A stretch of 32,000 nucleotides of DNA from NCBI RefSeq assembly GCF_001644705.1, contig NZ_CP015137.1, forward strand, positions 4,560,001 through 4,592,000. Reading direction: 5' to 3'. The notes beneath the pieces were generated by a model, which did no database searches, was not told the DNA's origin, and was given only the letters and a program-made list of their open reading frames with translations. Positions 15,229 through 29,263 of this stretch are shown piece by piece (position 1 is the first letter of the stretch; the number at the start of each line of letters is the position of its first letter). This DNA is from Dickeya solani IPO 2222. Lineage in GTDB: Bacteria > Pseudomonadota > Gammaproteobacteria > Enterobacterales > Enterobacteriaceae. The translations under genes were made by a program, and so were the position numbers.

Positions 15229-15260
15229 GGGATTCCGATGTGTCACGGAATCCCTTTTTT
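15229..15260 (+). terminator. Rho-independent terminator after the binding-protein gene
   Basis: GGGATTCCG (15229-15237), an 8-nt loop, CGGAATCCC (15246-15254), then TTTTTT (15255-15260). Confidence 0.85.
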
Positions 15261-15435
15261 ATCTCGCTGAAATACTATTCCTGTCCGCAAGCTGCACCCC
15301 ATCGCGATTCACATCACTTTATGTTTTCTGATGTTATCCAGAATTTCGGCGCGGTCACGTCCGGATGAACATAACCGACTACACTATGATTACACGGCAT
15401 TTTTCCTGATTCTAACCACTCACCGGGATGTGCAC

Positions 15436-17304
15436 ATGACACATACGCAGCAAGAAAAATCACCAGGTTTGCTGGCTATTTCCGCTCTGGGCATTGTATT
15501 TGGCGATATCGGTACCAGCCCGCTTTATACCTTCAACACCGTGATACAACTGGCCGGCGACGCCGCCCGGCCGGAAACCATACTGGGCCTGCTTTCCACC
15601 TTGTTCTGGACGTTGATCATCGTCACCTCGATCAAATACGCGTTGTTCGCCATGCGGATCGACAACAAAGGCGAAGGCGGCGTGCTGGCATTGATGTCGC
15701 TGTTGCAGAATAACCAGGCCAAACGTCAAAAATGGATTATTGCCGCCGGGTTGCTGGGTGCGGCCTTTATCTATGGCGACGGTGCGATTACGCCAGCGAT
15801 CTCGGTGTTGTCAGCGCTGGAAGGGCTGGAGCTGGTTTTGCCGGAAACCGCCAATTACATCCTGCCGCTGACGATAGTTCTGCTGGTTCTTATTTTCGCC
15901 ATTCAGCCGTTGGGCACGGCAAAAATCAGTCAGTTTTTCGCACCGGTGATGCTGCTGTGGTTTGCTACGCTGGCTCTGCTGGGTATCAGGAGCATCATTA
16001 ATTATCCGACCGTACTCTGGGCGCTCAACCCCGTTCATGCGCTGACATTTTTCGCCACTCACGGACACATCGCCCTGCTGATTCTGGGCGGCGTATTCCT
16101 GTGCGTCACCGGGGCGGAAGCGCTGTATGCGGATATGGGGCATTTTGGCCGTAAGCCCATCTGGATTGCCTGGTATGCGGTAGCGCTCCCTTGCCTGCTG
16201 CTCAATTATGCCGGTCAGGCGGCATTTATCTTATCCGGCACCGACGCCAACAATAATATTCTCTACCGGCTGTGTCCCCCTGAGTGGCAAATACCGCTGG
16301 TGATTCTCGCCACGTTAGCCACCATCATTGCCAGTCAGGCCATTATCTCCGGCGCGTTTTCCATGACGCGGCAGGCGATTCAGCTTGGCTGGCTACCCAG
16401 AATGAAAATCACCCAAACAGCGGAGCAAAGCTATGGCCAAATCTATCTGGGTACCGTCAACTGGCTTTTGATGGCGGTCACGCTCAGTCTGGTCATTTTC
16501 TTCCAGTCGTCGGAGCGGTTGGCTGCCGCCTATGGTATTGCCGTTTCCATCACGATGCTGATGACAACGCTGTTGCTGTATATCGCAATGCGTAAGATTT
16601 GGCGCTGGAACAAGATGTTGAGCCTCAGCATCACCGCCATTTTTATTCTGATCGATGTGGGATTCTGCGTCGCCAATATGCTGAAAGTATTCGACGGCGG
16701 CTATGTTCCTTTGCTGCTGGCGATGCTGATTTTCTGCGTGATGTTTATCTGGCGTCGGGGTGTGACGCGCGTATCGCAGACCGTGGCGGAAAAAACGCTG
16801 CCGGTAGACGAGTTTCTCTCATCGCTACAGGCTGATGGCATTTCGCGCGTACCCGGCGTCGCCGTATTTTTGACCCGGGTGCAGAATGTCGCGCCGCCGG
16901 TGATGCGCTGGCATGTCAAACGTAACCAAGCCTTGCATGACAAGATCATCGCCCTGACCATTCAGGTGCTGGATGTGCCACGCGTCAGGGAGGAAGACAA
17001 ACTGGTGCTGACCGAAAAACTTCCCGGTTTCTGGCAAGGCGTGGCCTACTACGGATTTATGGAGAAGCCCAATATTCCCGAGCTGCTCAGGCAAACGCCG
17101 CCGCTGAAAGCCTGTGCCGATCACGAATCCGTAACCTATTACATCGGCCATGAATCGATCGTCGCCAAAGACAGTGCGGACGCGCTACCGCGCTGGCAAT
17201 CCTACCTGTTCGCCTGGATGATGCGAAACTGCCTGCATGTCACGGAATACTACCAGTTGCCGGGTAATCAGGTGATTGAGATCGGTCGACGTATCGCTAT
17301 CTAG
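15436..17304 (+). CDS. kup: Kup potassium uptake protein (KUP/HAK/KT family)
   Basis: From ATG 15436 the product is 622 aa, the same length as E. coli Kup as I recall it. The N-terminal LAISALGIVFGDIGTSPLYT is the family signature. It has a 12-TM-like hydrophobic core plus a soluble C-terminal domain. Confidence 0.92.
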   Translation: MTHTQQEKSPGLLAISALGIVFGDIGTSPLYTFNTVIQLAGDAARPETILGLLSTLFWTLIIVTSIKYALFAMRIDNKGEGGVLALMSLLQNNQAKRQKWIIAAGLLGAAFIYGDGAITPAISVLSALEGLELVLPETANYILPLTIVLLVLIFAIQPLGTAKISQFFAPVMLLWFATLALLGIRSIINYPTVLWALNPVHALTFFATHGHIALLILGGVFLCVTGAEALYADMGHFGRKPIWIAWYAVALPCLLLNYAGQAAFILSGTDANNNILYRLCPPEWQIPLVILATLATIIASQAIISGAFSMTRQAIQLGWLPRMKITQTAEQSYGQIYLGTVNWLLMAVTLSLVIFFQSSERLAAAYGIAVSITMLMTTLLLYIAMRKIWRWNKMLSLSITAIFILIDVGFCVANMLKVFDGGYVPLLLAMLIFCVMFIWRRGVTRVSQTVAEKTLPVDEFLSSLQADGISRVPGVAVFLTRVQNVAPPVMRWHVKRNQALHDKIIALTIQVLDVPRVREEDKLVLTEKLPGFWQGVAYYGFMEKPNIPELLRQTPPLKACADHESVTYYIGHESIVAKDSADALPRWQSYLFAWMMRNCLHVTEYYQLPGNQVIEIGRRIAI

Positions 17305-17543
17305 TCACTTACAATGCGGGACAGGCATATTTCCCCTAACCTGTCCTCGCGTTTCGCCCGACGTCTTCCAGTATCACTAAAAGGGCGACCGTAAAACGTT
17401 AGCGGCATACGTAAAATCCGCCTTCCCCTTCTTGCCTGACGATAAGCACACCAATATTTCAGACTGTAGGTAGCATTGAAGATATAAGTATGTTGTAACT
17501 AAAAAGCTTTAAGAAAGCGAGACGATGTGGGTCAACTCTCAGC

Positions 17544-17572
17544 GAAAAATAAAGGGCGGAGAACCCGCCCTT
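17544..17572 (-). terminator. Rho-independent terminator of prtA
   Basis: AAGGGCGG (17552-17559) pairs with CCGCCCTT (17565-17572). On the minus strand TTATTTTT (17551-17544) follows the stem. It lies 17 nt after the prtA stop. Confidence 0.8.
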
Positions 17573-17588
17573 CTTTAATATCAGCCGG

Positions 17589-19064
<1,476 letters not shown>

Positions 19065-19413
19065 TTAAATTTTTAGATAAAGAACACCTCTGCCAATCTA
19101 ATGACATATTTTTCAGCATATAAGCTTGATGATATTTAACACAGACAAACAGCACCGTCACTGGTGCTAATTATTTATATAAGCCACTGTAATGTTTTTG
19201 TAAAGAAGAGTTAATCAATTTTCCATTTATTGAGGATTTAAACCACCGCTTCGATACAAAGCTAATTGATTAAAATGAAATAAGTTATTTGAATGGCGGA
19301 AAATAGGAAAAGAAACCGATTGCTTTTTAAACCAGTTTTTTGCGAGAGGGTTTAAATACACGCGAAATAATTTCAAGAATAAATTCTACCCTTATGCAGA
19401 ACTGAATATTAAA

Positions 19414-19434
19414 CAGGGCAGATAAACTGCCCTG
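19414..19434 (-). terminator. Terminator hairpin after prtC
   Basis: CAGGGCAG (19414-19421), a 5-nt loop, CTGCCCTG (19427-19434). On the minus strand TTTAATATT follows. Confidence 0.65.
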
Positions 19435-19455
19435 AGCAATATTCTTAGAATATCA

Positions 19456-20928
<1,473 letters not shown>

Positions 20929-20974
20929 TCACCCTTTATTCAGGACGAGCAATGCCCTGCCAGAATGACATGAT

Positions 20975-21000
20975 AATAAGATTCCCGTGGAAATCTTATT
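20975..21000. promoter_or_regulatory. Perfect 9-bp inverted repeat upstream of prtC
   Basis: AATAAGATT (20975-20983), 8 nt, AATCTTATT (20992-21000). It directly abuts the prtB terminator hairpin and lies 80-105 nt upstream of the prtC ATG. Confidence 0.3.
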
Positions 21001-21027
21001 AAACAGGATGGTTAACCCACCCTGTTT
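21001..21027 (-). terminator. Terminator hairpin after prtB
   Basis: AAACAGGATGG..TTAA..CCCACCCTGTTT forms an imperfect stem (AAACAGG pairs with CCTGTTT, TGG with CCA). On the minus strand AATAAGATTT follows. Confidence 0.55.
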
Positions 21028-21045
21028 AATATTTTCAGTGGTTGA

Positions 21046-22518
<1,473 letters not shown>

Positions 22519-22612
22519 TTACTGTCAGAATGCCTTTTTTCGCCATTAAGTCGCCGACAATTATCACCACGGCTAATTTAATGACATACCCATCCCTCGC
22601 AGCAGGCTGCGA

Positions 22613-22705
22613 AAGAAATTTCGTGGAAACTGCAATCAATTTTTATAAAGGGCACCATCAATTTTTGTAGAGAACACCATCAATTTTCGTAGAAACTACA
22701 ATCAA
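22613..22705. repeat. Four tandem 22-bp direct repeats plus a partial fifth in the prtF-prtB spacer
   Basis: R1 22613-22634 AAGAAATTTCGTGGAAACTGCA. R2 22635-22656 ATCAATTTTTATAAAGGGCACC. R3 22657-22678 ATCAATTTTTGTAGAGAACACC. R4 22679-22700 ATCAATTTTCGTAGAAACTACA. Then ATCAA again at 22701. Pairwise matches counted by hand: R2/R3 18 of 22, R3/R4 17 of 22, R1/R4 17 of 22. Confidence 0.85.
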
Positions 22706-22724
22706 CTAACGCAAACGGTTACCG

Positions 22725-24113
22725 TTAATTCGCTTTATTGCCGGTGGTCATATTAATTCCGTTTTTATTTATTGAATGCGCAGATTGAAACCAGGCAGCC
22801 AATTGCATCATATCCTGCTCATTCAGCGTACCGGCGGTATAGCGCAAATTCAGCCAGGCCTGTAACCAGCGATATTTGACTTCCGTCAGTTCGCGGCGGG
22901 CGTTATACCACTCCTGCTCCGCCATCAGCACGTCCAGATTGATGCGTTCGCCGCCGGCGACGCTCTGCCGCGTGGCGCGGATCGCTTCCTCAGCGGCGGT
23001 AACGCTCATCTGCCAGGCCCGGATTTTGGCGGCCCCGTTAGTGCACAGGTTGAACTGACGACGCAATTCCGCAAAGGTCTGCCGGGTCTGGTTATCCAGC
23101 TCCGCCTGACTTTGCTGGTATTCCGCCGCGGCCTGACGCATCGACGCCGAAACCGCACCGCCGGAATACAGCGGCACGCGCACCTGCAGGCCAACGGTCT
23201 GGGTGTCGTATTTCTGGTTGTAGTTAAATTCAGACTCCGACAGGCTGTTGCGGGTGGATGCCACCAAATCCAATGTCGGCAGGTGGCCGGCGCGGTTACG
23301 CTCAATTTCGTAGCGGCTGTAATCGACATTTTCACGCTGCACCGCCAGCTTTGCATTATGCCGCACCGTCAGTTCGCGCCATTGCGACAGCGAACGATTT
23401 TCGGTGACGTTATCCGGCAACGTGTCCAGCGCCAGCGGCGACAGATCTTGAATTTGCAGTGGCGAACCCATCATGTTTTCCAGATCGGTCATGGCGGCAT
23501 CCAGCGTATCTTCCTGTTCGATACGCTGGGCTTCAATGACGGTGTAACGCGCCTCCGTTTCCCGCAGGTCGGTTTGCGTGCCTTCCCCCGCCGCCAATAA
23601 GCGACGGTTCAACGCCAGTTGCTCCTGATAGGCTCGGCGCTGCGCATCCAGCAGCATCAGTTTTTCCTGCGCCAGCAATGCCTCGCTCCAGGACTGGTAC
23701 AAACGCACCATCAGGTCCTGACTGCGATCGCGAAATCGCTGATCGGCCATCAGTTTGCGGGTGACGCCCTGCTGGTAGCGCGCCCAGGCGGCATAGTCCA
23801 GCAGCGGCTGACGCAGCGTCAACGTCGATACGTAGTTATCGTAGTCACGTTTAGTCGTGTTATTTAGCGTCCGGTCCCGTTGGGTTACCTTGGAGTGGCT
23901 GTAATTGGCGCCATAGCTGTATTGCAGCGACGGCAGTAATCCGGCGCGGCCGATCGCCACTTCTTCCTGCCCGGCGTCTCGTTCGAAACTCGCCGCTCGC
24001 AGCTGTGCGTCATTGCGCAGCGCCAGTTCCCATGCATCCAGTAGCCCCATCGCCTGGGCGCCGCCGCCCGACAGAGATAACACCACCGTCAGTAATACCG
24101 CTTTCCTTCGCAT
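22725..24113 (-). CDS. prtF: Type I secretion outer-membrane factor PrtF (TolC family)
   Basis: 462 aa. Signal peptide MRRKAVLLTVVLSLSGGGAQA, followed by TolC-like repeats (LLDAWELALRND..., two OEP-type halves). It lies immediately downstream of prtE. Confidence 0.9.
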   Translation of the reverse strand: MRRKAVLLTVVLSLSGGGAQAMGLLDAWELALRNDAQLRAASFERDAGQEEVAIGRAGLLPSLQYSYGANYSHSKVTQRDRTLNNTTKRDYDNYVSTLTLRQPLLDYAAWARYQQGVTRKLMADQRFRDRSQDLMVRLYQSWSEALLAQEKLMLLDAQRRAYQEQLALNRRLLAAGEGTQTDLRETEARYTVIEAQRIEQEDTLDAAMTDLENMMGSPLQIQDLSPLALDTLPDNVTENRSLSQWRELTVRHNAKLAVQRENVDYSRYEIERNRAGHLPTLDLVASTRNSLSESEFNYNQKYDTQTVGLQVRVPLYSGGAVSASMRQAAAEYQQSQAELDNQTRQTFAELRRQFNLCTNGAAKIRAWQMSVTAAEEAIRATRQSVAGGERINLDVLMAEQEWYNARRELTEVKYRWLQAWLNLRYTAGTLNEQDMMQLAAWFQSAHSINKNGINMTTGNKAN

Positions 24114-24125
24114 TGCTTCCTTCCG

Positions 24126-25472
24126 TTACTCTTCCGTCAACGCCAGATGCATGCGATCCATCAGGGGTTTAAACAGATAATTGATAAACGAACGCTCCCC
24201 GGTGCGGACAAAACCTTGCACCGGCATACCGGGTTTAATTTCCAACCCGTGCAGAGAACGCTTGCCTTCTTCGCTGACCTGAATGCGCAAACCGTAGTAC
24301 GGCGTGCCGTCCTTTTCGTCCACCAGCCGGTCAGCGGAAAGCAGGGTCACCGTTCCCGGCACTCGCGGCGTGGTGCTTTGGCTAAACGCGGTGAATTGCA
24401 GTTCCACCGGCAGCCCGGACCACACCTTATCCACCATTTCTACCGGAATACGGCCATCCACCAGCAGCGGCTGGTCTTCGGGAACGATCTCCATCATGAC
24501 CTGCCCGGGGCCGATCACCCCACCTTCGGTGAAGATCTTCATGTCCACCACGGTGCCGGCAACCGGTGCACGGACCTGCACGTTGGCCAGATTGAAATCC
24601 GCCTTCTCGCGCTGGCTGATCACTTCATTCAGCTTGGCCTGCACGTCAGACAATTCGCTGTTGACCTCTTTGTCGTATTCCTGCTGGCGCTGAGCGATGC
24701 GCAATTTCTGCTGCTGAATATCACGCCGGGTTCGCCCTACTTCGCCGCTGGTCTGGGCCAGTTCGCCGCTGACCTGCGCAAACAACCGTTCCGTTTCCAG
24801 CATCTTATTGCGCGGAACATAGTTATCCGCCGCCAGCGGCCGCAGCCCCTGCAACTGCTGGCTCAACGTCGCCTGCTCGGACTGTTTGCTGCTCATCACC
24901 TTTTGCAATGCGCCAAGCGACGTCTCCAGGCCATCGATACTGGCGCGCACCCCGTCCGTTTCCAGCTTTAGCGACTGCTGACGACTACGCAACAGATCTT
25001 CCTGCAACGCGATGATAGCGGCCATTTCCGGCCGCTGACGCGCCTGAACCAGCCGCGGCGTCGCCGCCAGCGACGATTGATCGCGCTGTTCCGCCAGCAG
25101 TCGTGCTTCGCGGGCAATCAGTTGATCATATTGGGAACCCAACCCTTCGCTGGTGGTACGGGCGTCGACCGCATTCAGCGTCAGCAGCACCTGACCCGCG
25201 GCAACGCGGTCGCCGTCTTTCACCTGAATCCGGTCGACAATCCCGCCCTGCATGTGCTGGATCACCTTGCGATTGCCGGACACCACCACATTGCCTTGCA
25301 CCGCGACCCCTTTGTCCAGCGGCGCCAGCAACGCCCACAGCAGAAAACCGCCAAAACCGGCGAGCACCAGCCACCAGCCTAGCCGTAACGCCCGCTCTTC
25401 ATCCCGGCTGGCGCGATCGCGCATTGCCGCTTCGTTCAATTCATCCTGAGTGGTTATATCCATGCCTGTCAT
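24126..25472 (-). CDS. prtE: Type I secretion membrane fusion protein PrtE (HlyD family)
   Basis: 448 aa from ATG 25472. The ORF-track start 25475 is a GTG one codon upstream, and AGGGA lies 7 nt before the ATG. N-terminal TM segment LGWWLVLAGFGGFLLWALLAPL, a long coiled-coil middle, and a HlyD-type C-terminal barrel. Confidence 0.9.
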   Translation of the reverse strand: MTGMDITTQDELNEAAMRDRASRDEERALRLGWWLVLAGFGGFLLWALLAPLDKGVAVQGNVVVSGNRKVIQHMQGGIVDRIQVKDGDRVAAGQVLLTLNAVDARTTSEGLGSQYDQLIAREARLLAEQRDQSSLAATPRLVQARQRPEMAAIIALQEDLLRSRQQSLKLETDGVRASIDGLETSLGALQKVMSSKQSEQATLSQQLQGLRPLAADNYVPRNKMLETERLFAQVSGELAQTSGEVGRTRRDIQQQKLRIAQRQQEYDKEVNSELSDVQAKLNEVISQREKADFNLANVQVRAPVAGTVVDMKIFTEGGVIGPGQVMMEIVPEDQPLLVDGRIPVEMVDKVWSGLPVELQFTAFSQSTTPRVPGTVTLLSADRLVDEKDGTPYYGLRIQVSEEGKRSLHGLEIKPGMPVQGFVRTGERSFINYLFKPLMDRMHLALTEE

Positions 25473-25485
25473 CACGAGATCCCTG

Positions 25486-27213
25486 TCATTGCGGCATCGC
25501 GGCCGTGGGGTTCATCCGGGCCTGATTGGCGGCGCTGCGCTGTTGCAGTTCCGTCAGCACATCCCGCGCCAGTCCCATACGCTGCTGCTGGCCCTCATGG
25601 AGGATCAGAATTTTTTGCGCCAGCGTCGTCAACGCCGGGCGATGGGTGATCAACACCACGGTCGCGCCGCGTTTCTGCAATGCGACAATCGCCTGCATCA
25701 AGGCCTGATCGCCTTCGCTGTCAAGGCTGGCGTTCGGTTCATCCAGAATCAACAGGCAAGGATCACCGTACATAGCGCGCGCCAGACCGATACGCTGCCG
25801 CTGACCGCCGGATAAACCGCTGCCGCCCTCGCCCAATTCGGTGTCATAACCATTGGGCAGCGACAAAATCAGTTCATGCACCCCCGCCAGCTTTGCGGCC
25901 GCCACCACTTTTTCCGGATCGGCATCGCCAAAACGGGCAATGTTTTCCGCCAGCGTGCCCTTAAACAATTGCACATCCTGCGGCAAATAACCGATGGTCG
26001 GCCCAAACGTGTTTTTGTCCACCTGATTCAAATCAGCGCCATCCAAACGCACTTTGCCTTGTGTCGGCGCCTGCGCACCGACCAGCAAACGCGCCAGCGA
26101 GGATTTGCCGGACCCAGACGCGCCCAAAATCACCAGCGTTTCGCCAGCCTGCAACGAGAAATGAATGTTCTGCAATCGGGCGTTGCCCTGTGCCGGGCGC
26201 AGCGAAACCTGTTCCACGCCGAGATGCCCTTCCGGCGCAGGCAGCGCCATTGCCGCCGGCTGCGGCGGATAGGCGGCAATCAGCCGGGTCAGGCGCTGCC
26301 AGGCAATGCGCGCGCTGCTCCACTGTTTCCATACACCGATTAACTGATCGATCGGACTCAGTACCCGGCCGACCAGAATCGACCCGGCGATCATCATCCC
26401 CGGCGTGATCTTGCCGTCGATCGCCAGCAACGCCCCTAGTCCCAGCATCAGCGACTGCAACGCAATGCGACTGTACTTGGACGCGCCGCCCACGGCGGCT
26501 GCACGCTCGCTGGCCAAATTCTGCAGGGAAATAAAACGGTAGTGGCGCGCCAGCCAGCGCCGACGCAGGTTGCCCAGCATGCCCATCGCTTCAATGACGT
26601 CGGCATTACGTAACTGGGCGTCGGCCAGGTGGGTTGCCTGCTGTGATTGCTGATTGGCTTCCGCCAGCGGTTGATTGGTCAGTCGCTGGTTCAGCCAGGC
26701 CAGCGCCACCAGCACCACGGTGCCGCCCAACGCCAGCATCCCCAACCAGGGATGCAGCAAAAACAGCACCAGCAAAAACAGTGGAAACCAGGGCACGTCG
26801 AAGAAGGCAAACAGCGCATTGCCGGTGATGAACTGGCGCAGCAACGTCAGGTCGGTCAACGCCAGCCCGGCGCGGCTATCGCCAGCCTCCAGATTACGGG
26901 CAAACGCCGCATTGAAGACATCCTGATTGAGCGCCAGATCGATACGGGTGCCCAGCCTCACCACCAACAGACTACGAACCCACTCCAGCGCGCCCATAAA
27001 GGCACACAGTCCCGCCATCAGTAACGTCAGCATCAGCAGGGTGATACCGTTGCCGGACGCCAGCACCCGGTCATACACCTGCAGCATATATACCGAAGGC
27101 GCCAGCATCAGCACATTGATGACGGCGCTGAAAATCCCGACGCTCCAGAAACTGCGGCGGAACTGGCGCAGCACGCCGAACAACGAACGATCTCGCTCAG
27201 AGGAAGCATTCAC
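25486..27213 (-). CDS. prtD: Type I secretion ABC transporter PrtD
   Basis: 575 aa with a GTG start. N-terminal 6-TM domain. Walker [13 protein letters not shown] signature LSGGQRQR, Walker B LLILDEP. Confidence 0.92.
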   Translation of the reverse strand: MNASSERDRSLFGVLRQFRRSFWSVGIFSAVINVLMLAPSVYMLQVYDRVLASGNGITLLMLTLLMAGLCAFMGALEWVRSLLVVRLGTRIDLALNQDVFNAAFARNLEAGDSRAGLALTDLTLLRQFITGNALFAFFDVPWFPLFLLVLFLLHPWLGMLALGGTVVLVALAWLNQRLTNQPLAEANQQSQQATHLADAQLRNADVIEAMGMLGNLRRRWLARHYRFISLQNLASERAAAVGGASKYSRIALQSLMLGLGALLAIDGKITPGMMIAGSILVGRVLSPIDQLIGVWKQWSSARIAWQRLTRLIAAYPPQPAAMALPAPEGHLGVEQVSLRPAQGNARLQNIHFSLQAGETLVILGASGSGKSSLARLLVGAQAPTQGKVRLDGADLNQVDKNTFGPTIGYLPQDVQLFKGTLAENIARFGDADPEKVVAAAKLAGVHELILSLPNGYDTELGEGGSGLSGGQRQRIGLARAMYGDPCLLILDEPNASLDSEGDQALMQAIVALQKRGATVVLITHRPALTTLAQKILILHEGQQQRMGLARDVLTELQQRSAANQARMNPTAAMPQ

Positions 27214-27229
27214 GGCAGGGCTCTCTCCC

Positions 27230-27592
27230 TCAGGCTTTCTTTTTCAGAGTGCGAACGCTGCCGTCAGCCAGCTTATGTTCGTAGTGATCGCGGTTGCGGC
27301 TGAAAAACGCCACTGCCGAACCGTCTGCCTGCGTCAGCGTCAGACCGTCTGGCGTAGGCCGCCAACCGACCGGCGCTTCCGGCAGCAACGTTTGCAGGCA
27401 CGCGCTGTCGCCGGCCAGCCGCCAGGTCGTGCCGTCAAGCACATCGGTGTTCAACCGGATATCGCAGCGCTGCTCCGCGCCGCTCAATACCCACTGCCCG
27501 CTCAGTTCCGCCGCGGACGGCAATCTCAGACTGCTCGCCATACATCCTCCACTCAGTGCACTCAATAATGTCGCAATAATAAGCTGTTTCAT
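27230..27592 (-). CDS. inh: Periplasmic metalloprotease inhibitor Inh
   Basis: 120 aa. [19 protein letters not shown]|[19 protein letters not shown]... The mature N-terminus SSLRLPS and the overall sequence match the E. chrysanthemi Inh / serralysin-inhibitor family as I recall it. It lies directly upstream of prtD. Confidence 0.9.
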   Translation of the reverse strand: MKQLIIATLLSALSGGCMASSLRLPSAAELSGQWVLSGAEQRCDIRLNTDVLDGTTWRLAGDSACLQTLLPEAPVGWRPTPDGLTLTQADGSAVAFFSRNRDHYEHKLADGSVRTLKKKA

Positions 27593-27663
27593 GATATTCC
27601 CATCATTCGGTTATCAGTGAACGCGTTTAATAATTGAAACCATCTTGTTAAATACGAGGATAA

Positions 27664-27700
27664 CGGCAGGCATGTCTCCAATGAGAGAAAATACCTGCCG
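27664..27700 (-). terminator. Possible terminator after prtG
   Basis: CGGCAGGCAT (27664-27673) pairs with ATACCTGCCG (27691-27700), with one mismatch and a 17-nt loop. Only a weak U-rich tract follows on the minus strand (TTATCCTCGTATTT). Confidence 0.35.
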
Positions 27701-27743
27701 CCATTCAATCAACCCCAAAATAACGTGAGCGTTCCCATTATTT

Positions 27744-29177
27744 TTAAACAATAAAATCTGACGGCTGTAACGCCTCACCGACAATGTTTACCAGAAAATC
27801 AGCCGTGTCGTGTCCGCTTAAATGCAACCGCATATTGGTCTGGTTAGACTGACTATCCCAATTCAACACCACTTCGTTTCCTTTTCCCGAGAAATTATCA
27901 ACAAAGCTGAGATCATGATTTTTATTAAATGCAGATAAATCGATTCTGTCTTCTCCGCGCTGGAAATCGGTAATGGTATCCGGCGCAGACAATAGCGAAT
28001 CCTTTTCCCAGGCATAAACAAAAATATCTTTACCGGCGCCGCCGGTTAAAATATCAGCGCCACCGTCGCCATAAAGCACATCATTACCGGCACCGCCGTC
28101 AATACGATTATCAGACAGATTCCCCACAATCACATCATTGCCTGAACCGCCAATCGCATTTTCAATCACCGCGCCCGCGGCAATGGAAACGTTGCCTTTT
28201 AATCCGCCGACATCCGAGAAAGTGCCGCTAATCAGGCTAATACGCTGATCCGCGCTGTAACCGGAAAAATCAAAGGTATCGTTGCCGTCAGCATCCCAAA
28301 CGGAAAATATCAGCGGTGTCTTGCTGTCTGTCGCAGTATAGAAATCACGACCGCTATTGGAGTGAAACCCGTATACCGTATCACCCGTGCGGGCCGACAT
28401 ATTGGCGCCATACAATTTTTGAATGGCCGCAATATCATCCATTAGCGGCGCGGCGGCATGATAGCCATGAAAATCGCCGCCGGTGTACCCTTCATTCCAG
28501 TAGCTCATGATACTGAATTGACGGGTATCCTCCGCGTAGGTCACGTCTTTATAGCCCGGATTGCCGTCGGAAGCGTCGTAATCGCCAGGATGATATAGCC
28601 CCAGCGTATGGCCGATTTCATGCGTCAGCGTATTACGGCCAAATTCATTGATATCCGGCCGCTGATTGTCGGCCTGATTATAATTAAACCAGGCTGAACC
28701 AGCCCATTTCCCATTGCCGGGATAGAAACCGAACGCCTGGCTGTTGTTATCCGTATTGCCATCCGAGGTCAATGTATAGTTGCCAAACTGAATGGCAGCG
28801 TGCTGACCATCCTTAGCTTCGCTAAACGTGACGTTCGCCACATCAGCCCAGGATTGCAATGCCAGTTTGGCCTGCTGAATCTGCGCGGCGTTAAATTTGA
28901 CAAAACCTTTGAAATTATCCGGCATGTCGGCATCAGAAACCGACTGAAGAAAAGAGTAAGTCAGCGCAACGGATTTACCGAAAACCTTTTCGCCATTCCA
29001 GGTAATATTGCCACGGGTGATTTGATCACGGGCCTGTTCCAACGTATAGGAGGGCTTATCGCCGATGTTGCCATTACCACGAGCGTGATAATTCCATAAC
29101 TGATAGACATCCGCCACACCGGTATAATCGCCGGATGATGCGGAAGAAAGATCGGTTTTCTTTCCATATAAAGCCAT
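27744..29177 (-). CDS. prtG: Serralysin-family secreted zinc metalloprotease PrtG
   Basis: 477 aa from ATG 29177, with GGAGGA 7 nt upstream. The ORF-track start 29222 adds 15 residues. HEIGHTLGLYHPGDY, SIMSYW, RTX repeats [41 protein letters not shown]-terminal ..SDFIV. It is the most divergent and most AT-rich of the four paralogues. Confidence 0.85.
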   Translation of the reverse strand: MALYGKKTDLSSASSGDYTGVADVYQLWNYHARGNGNIGDKPSYTLEQARDQITRGNITWNGEKVFGKSVALTYSFLQSVSDADMPDNFKGFVKFNAAQIQQAKLALQSWADVANVTFSEAKDGQHAAIQFGNYTLTSDGNTDNNSQAFGFYPGNGKWAGSAWFNYNQADNQRPDINEFGRNTLTHEIGHTLGLYHPGDYDASDGNPGYKDVTYAEDTRQFSIMSYWNEGYTGGDFHGYHAAAPLMDDIAAIQKLYGANMSARTGDTVYGFHSNSGRDFYTATDSKTPLIFSVWDADGNDTFDFSGYSADQRISLISGTFSDVGGLKGNVSIAAGAVIENAIGGSGNDVIVGNLSDNRIDGGAGNDVLYGDGGADILTGGAGKDIFVYAWEKDSLLSAPDTITDFQRGEDRIDLSAFNKNHDLSFVDNFSGKGNEVVLNWDSQSNQTNMRLHLSGHDTADFLVNIVGEALQPSDFIV

Positions 29178-29263
29178 AACATTTCCTCCATGAAATTCGT
29201 TTTTATACCCGTAATACTTCACGTTGAAGATGTGTCGGCAAAACCGCGACTAAACACCAACCT

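Noticed and set aside
17430-17578. Possible small RNA on the plus strand ending at the bidirectional-looking hairpin 17552-17572.
   Set aside because: Only weak promoter-like hexamers are present (TTGAAG-N18-TAAAAA). The plus-strand tail after the hairpin (CTTTAAT) is poor. The hairpin is fully explained as the prtA terminator.
22613-22705. The 22-bp repeat array considered as a CRISPR array or as plasmid-type iterons.
   Set aside because: The repeats are contiguous with no spacers and are divergent from one another, so this is not CRISPR. No rep gene, AT-rich origin or DnaA boxes lie nearby, so replication iterons are unlikely. I kept it as a regulatory-repeat finding instead.
27230-27592. 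Inh signal peptide ..LSALSGGC read as a lipobox (lipoprotein).
   Set aside because: The residues before Cys (S-G-G) fit the lipobox poorly. The known mature inhibitor family starts at SSLRLPS after ..CMA, which is consistent with signal peptidase I cleavage.
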